Source: Planctomycetota bacterium (GTDB lineage: Bacteria > Planctomycetota > UBA1135). Taken from it: a stretch of DNA of 64,000 bases. The translations under genes and the position numbers were made by a program. The stretch spans positions 1,909 through 65,908 of the forward strand of contig RFGR01000132.1 of assembly GCA_003696625.1 (NCBI GenBank), read 5' to 3'. Position 1 is the stretch's first letter. Each line of letters starts with the position of its first letter. The notes beneath the pieces are model-generated. The model saw nothing but the letters and a program-made list of their open reading frames with translations. It did not search any database and was not told the DNA's origin. This document shows, piece after piece, positions 60,891 to 64,000 of the stretch.

Positions 60891-62954
60891 TCAGGCCCCG
60901 CCGGACAGGATTTCCCGGGCCCGGGCCGCCGGCACCGGGGCGTAGCCGAGAGGGGTGAGGGTGAATTCCCCCCGGCCCTGGGTCAGGCTGCGGAGCCGGG
61001 TCGAGTAGGCGAAGAGGGCCTCGAGCGGGGCGGCGGCCCGGATCCGGCCGAGGCCGTCGGCCAGATCCATCGCCTGGACCTCCGCCCGGCGGGCCTGGAG
61101 GTCGGCGAGGACCCCGCTCAAGAATTCTTCCGGCACCTCCAGGCCCAAGGCCATGAGCGGCTCGAGCAGGACGGTCCGGCCGTTCAGGGCCTCGTCAAGG
61201 GCCCGGCCGGCGGCCCCGAGAACCAGTTCGACCGGAGGCTCCTGGCCGGGCGGGTTCCAGGACACCTCCTCGAGGACGATTCGGAGCCGGGCCAGCGGGT
61301 ACCCGAGGTCGCCGCCGCCGCCGGCCAGGTCGGGGACGGCGAGAGCGAGGTCGTGGCGGAGGGCCGCGGACAGGCCGGACAGCCCCGGCCCCAGGACGAC
61401 CTCCGGCCGGGTGGAGTCGGTCGGCTCCAGCCGGACTCGGGCGGTGACGGCTTGCCGGCCGCCCTCCAGCGGCCGCTCGGCGGTCCCCGCGGCCTCGGCC
61501 GCGGTCCGGATCGTCTCGCGGTAGGCGACGATCGGCCGCCCGGCCCGGGCCCGGACCCGGAACTCCCGCTCCAGGCGGTGGAGGGCGATCTCGAGGTGGA
61601 GCTCCCCCATCCCGGCCAGGACCGCCTGCCCGGTCTCCTCGTCGATCTCCACCTCCAGGGTCGGATCCTCCCGGTCGAGCACGGCCAGGGCGGAAAGAAG
61701 CTTGTCGCGGTCGGCCAGCGAGGCCGGCTCGACGGTCTGGCGGATCACCGGTTCGGGGAAGTCGATCGGCTCGAGGGCGATCTCGTGCCCCTTGGCGAAC
61801 AGGGTGTCGCCGGTCCGGGCCTTCTTCAGACCCGGCACGACCACGATCTCGCCCGGGCCGGCCCGTTCGACCCGCTCGCGGTGGTCGGCGTGCATGCGCC
61901 AGATCTGGGAGATCCGTTCGTTGCCGCGAACCCGGGCGTTGCCGACCGCCATCCCCTCGCGCAGTTCGCCGGAGTAGACCCGCAGATAGCAGAGGTCGCC
62001 GTGGGCCTCGTGGAAGACCTTGAAGACCAGGGCGGTCAGCGGCGCCTCGGGGTCGGCCGGCCGCTCGAGCACGGTGTCCTCGTCGCCGGGCAGGTGGCCC
62101 CGCACCGGCGGCCGGTCGCCGGGGGCGGGCAGCCAGTCCACCACCGCCTCGAGCAGCGGCTGGATCCCCTGGTGATGGAGGGCCGAGCCGGCCAAGACCG
62201 GGACCAGCCGGCGCGAGAGGGTACCGAGACGCAGGCCGCGGCGGAGGAGATCGGCCTCGAGGTCGCCGTCCTCGAGCCAGGCCGCCAGCAGCTCGTCGTC
62301 CAGCTCCGCCACCGCCTCGCAGAGCTCGGCGCGGGCCTGCTCGGCCGCCGGCCGCAGGTCGTCGGGCAGCGGCCGGCGGTGGACCTCGGCCCCCTGGTCC
62401 TCCTCCGACCAGGTCAGCAGCTCCAGCTCGAGCAGGTCGACGACGCCGGCGAACTCGCGCCCGGCGCCGACCGGCAGCTGGACCGGCACCGCGTTGGCCC
62501 CGACCCGGTCGCGCAGGGAGGCGACGGCGGCGGCGAAATCGGCGCCCTGCCGGTCCATCTTGTTAACGAAGGCCAGCCAGGGCACTTCGTAGCGGGCGGC
62601 CTGGCGAAGGACCGTCTCGGTCTGGGCCTGGACCCCGGCGACGGCGCAGAGGACGACGACGGCGCCGTCGAGGACCCGCAGCGAGCGACTGACCTCGGCC
62701 GTGAAGTCGACGTGGCCGGGGGTATCGATCAACTGGATGACGTGGTCGCGCCAGGGGCAGCGGGTGGCGGCGGCGGTGATCGTGATGCCCCGCTCCCGCT
62801 CCTCCTCCATCCAGTCCATCACCGTGTTGCCGAGGTGGACCTCCCCCATCCGATGCTCGACGCCGGTGTAGTAGAGGATCCGCTCGGTGACGGTGGTCTT
62901 GCCGGCGTCGATGTGGGCGACGATGCCGATGTTGCGGATCCGACCGAGGTCCAT
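60891..62954 (-). CDS. fusA: elongation factor G
   Basis: ATG at 62954 (residue 143 of ORF 60891..63380); 687 aa. N-terminus [31 protein letters not shown], then [13 protein letters not shown] and [10 protein letters not shown]. Confidence 0.95.
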   Translation of the reverse strand: MDLGRIRNIGIVAHIDAGKTTVTERILYYTGVEHRMGEVHLGNTVMDWMEEERERGITITAAATRCPWRDHVIQLIDTPGHVDFTAEVSRSLRVLDGAVVVLCAVAGVQAQTETVLRQAARYEVPWLAFVNKMDRQGADFAAAVASLRDRVGANAVPVQLPVGAGREFAGVVDLLELELLTWSEEDQGAEVHRRPLPDDLRPAAEQARAELCEAVAELDDELLAAWLEDGDLEADLLRRGLRLGTLSRRLVPVLAGSALHHQGIQPLLEAVVDWLPAPGDRPPVRGHLPGDEDTVLERPADPEAPLTALVFKVFHEAHGDLCYLRVYSGELREGMAVGNARVRGNERISQIWRMHADHRERVERAGPGEIVVVPGLKKARTGDTLFAKGHEIALEPIDFPEPVIRQTVEPASLADRDKLLSALAVLDREDPTLEVEIDEETGQAVLAGMGELHLEIALHRLEREFRVRARAGRPIVAYRETIRTAAEAAGTAERPLEGGRQAVTARVRLEPTDSTRPEVVLGPGLSGLSAALRHDLALAVPDLAGGGGDLGYPLARLRIVLEEVSWNPPGQEPPVELVLGAAGRALDEALNGRTVLLEPLMALGLEVPEEFLSGVLADLQARRAEVQAMDLADGLGRIRAAAPLEALFAYSTRLRSLTQGRGEFTLTPLGYAPVPAARAREILSGGA

Positions 62955-62965
62955 GGCGGCAGATT

Positions 62966-63430
62966 CTAGGCCGGGAGCCGGTCGGCGTTGCGCTCCAGCC
63001 ACTCCCGGCGCCAGTGGTAGCCGTCGAGCAGAGAGTCGTCCCGGCACCCGAACAGGGCGAGGGCGGCGTGCAGGGCCTCGACGCTGGCGAGACCGTTGCC
63101 CGGGTCGGGATAGTCCCGCGAGCGGCGGGGATAGGCGGTCTCCAGGCCGGAGGGCAGGGCGCGGCGGTGGAGCCGGCCGGACACGCCGCGCAGCACCCGG
63201 GGCAGGTCGCGCCAGGAAGAATCGACCAGGAGCAGCGGCCGGCCGGCGTCGGCCGGCCCGAGCGGCTCCCCCGCGGGATGGAGGAGGGTGACCTCCCCCA
63301 CCTCGATCCGGTCGCCGATCCGGCAGCGGATCCAGCGCAGGGGCAGATCGACCCGCTCGCGCAGCGGCGTCAGGCTGCACTTGCGCGGGTCCTCCTTGGA
63401 CAGCCGGAGGAGAATGATCTCGGGCGGCAC
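62966..63430 (-). CDS. Tsr3/DTW-superfamily protein (putative aminocarboxypropyl transferase) embedded in the str operon
   Basis: 154 aa with GTG start. It ends 11 nt before fusA. Segments are collinear with what I recall of archaeal Tsr3: [11 protein letters not shown] (cf. DPKKCTG), [15 protein letters not shown] (cf. LDCSW / DTW), [28 protein letters not shown] and [15 protein letters not shown]. Confidence 0.65.
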   Translation of the reverse strand: MPPEIILLRLSKEDPRKCSLTPLRERVDLPLRWIRCRIGDRIEVGEVTLLHPAGEPLGPADAGRPLLLVDSSWRDLPRVLRGVSGRLHRRALPSGLETAYPRRSRDYPDPGNGLASVEALHAALALFGCRDDSLLDGYHWRREWLERNADRLPA

Positions 63431-63450
63431 CCGGCCAGGATAAGGCCGCC

Positions 63451-63480
63451 GGGGGGCCGATCCGTCCGGATCGGCCCCCC
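63451..63480 (-). promoter_or_regulatory. 30-nt perfect inverted repeat (14-bp arms) between rpsG and the Tsr3-like gene
   Basis: GGGGGGCCGATCCG-TC-CGGATCGGCCCCCC, read directly in the 70-nt gap. It may be an attenuator, processing site or terminator. The tract that follows has few U residues. Confidence 0.35.
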
Positions 63481-63500
63481 GGCGGCGGTGGGACGATGCC

Positions 63501-63977
63501 CTAGAAGTTGGCGAAGTGGCTGTAGGCCTTGTTGGCCTCGGCCATGCGGTGGACGTTCTCCTTCCACTGCACCGAGGCGCCGGTGTTGTTGCAGGCGTCG
63601 ACGAACTCGGAAGCCAAGCGCTGGGCCATCGGCATGCCCTTTTTCTTGCGGGCGTTGTTGACGATCCAGCGGATGGCCAGGGCCTGGGAGCGCTTGGCGC
63701 TGACCTCGCGCGGCACCTGGTAGTTCGAGCCGCCGACCCGCTTGGAGCGGACCTCGACCGAGGGGCGGACGTTCTCGAGGGCGGTGACGAAGACCTGGTC
63801 CGGCGGCACGCCGTCGAGCCGCTGGCTGGCCCGGTCGACCGCCTCGTAGAAGATCCGCATGGCCACGGACTTCTTGCCGCGGCTCATGATCTGGTTGATG
63901 AACTTGCTGGCCAGGATCGACCCGAAGCGCGGGTCCGGCTTGACGTACTTGGCGGTGGACTTGTAGCTGCGGGGCAT
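63501..63977 (-). CDS. rpsG: 30S ribosomal protein S7
   Basis: 158 aa starting MPRSYKSTAKYVKPDPRFGSILASKFINQIMSRGKKS. Confidence 0.97.
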   Translation of the reverse strand: MPRSYKSTAKYVKPDPRFGSILASKFINQIMSRGKKSVAMRIFYEAVDRASQRLDGVPPDQVFVTALENVRPSVEVRSKRVGGSNYQVPREVSAKRSQALAIRWIVNNARKKKGMPMAQRLASEFVDACNNTGASVQWKENVHRMAEANKAYSHFANF

Positions 63978-63979
63978 GG

Positions 63980-64000
63980 CTACTTGCCGCGGCGGGTGCC
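63980..64000 (-). CDS. rpsL: 30S ribosomal protein S12, last 6 codons only (window edge)
   Basis: The minus strand reads ...GTRRGK-TAG, ending 2 nt before rpsG. The identification rests mainly on the rpsL-rpsG synteny. Confidence 0.55.
   Translation of the reverse strand, partial: GTRRGK

Noticed and set aside
62955-63380. N-terminal 142-codon extension of the fusA ORF (the 829-aa version); similar upstream extensions of ORFs 14287..15954, 16872..21824, 20414..25789, 23593..26937, 26977..28692, 36113..37426 and 37974..39725
   Set aside because: The extensions are Arg/Pro-rich, overlap the upstream gene in another frame, and precede an internal start that gives the canonical N-terminus or signal peptide. 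The internal starts were used.

Overview
Very GC-rich bacterial chromosome segment (third codon positions are almost all G/C). I count about 70 genes. Nearly all are on the minus strand, and many are joined by 1-4 nt ATGA/GTGA/TGATG overlaps. No rRNA, CRISPR array, transposase or integrase was recognised. (1) 46.4-64 kb holds the str/S10/spc/alpha ribosomal-protein superoperon: rpsL' - rpsG - Tsr3/DTW-like gene - fusA | rpsJ ... rplQ. It has no tuf, rpmD or map at their usual slots. (2) 27-46 kb is a housekeeping run: a PyrB-PyrI(Zn-domain) fusion, a truncated MnmE-like GTPase, coaX, a PDZ/GspC-like protein, obg, rpmA, rplU, rng, DUF2344, ptsH, ptsN, hpf, truA, recR, ybaB and dnaX. It continues with an SRP RNA that I read by eye, two tRNA-Ser, tadA directly behind tRNA-Arg(ACG), a divergent SDR / serine-palmitoyltransferase-like pair, and dnaE. 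(3) 0-27 kb is the accessory, envelope-directed part and the most unusual. A near-consensus sigma-54 promoter heads a same-strand run of three >1000-aa lipoproteins (A and B are tandem paralogs; C is Gly-rich). These are followed by a small Ig-like lipoprotein, a prepilin peptidase, a coiled-coil OmpA-type lipoprotein, an EF-G II paralog and a pseudopilin. A fourth family member (D) lies 7 kb away and is translationally coupled to an amidohydrolase and a DHH phosphoesterase. I cannot assign the core regions of A-D to any named family. All calls rest on motif recognition by eye and on frame arithmetic from the ORF track. Start codons are my best choice and several are GTG/TTG. The many 500-1700-aa ORFs antisense to real genes in the track are GC-content artefacts.
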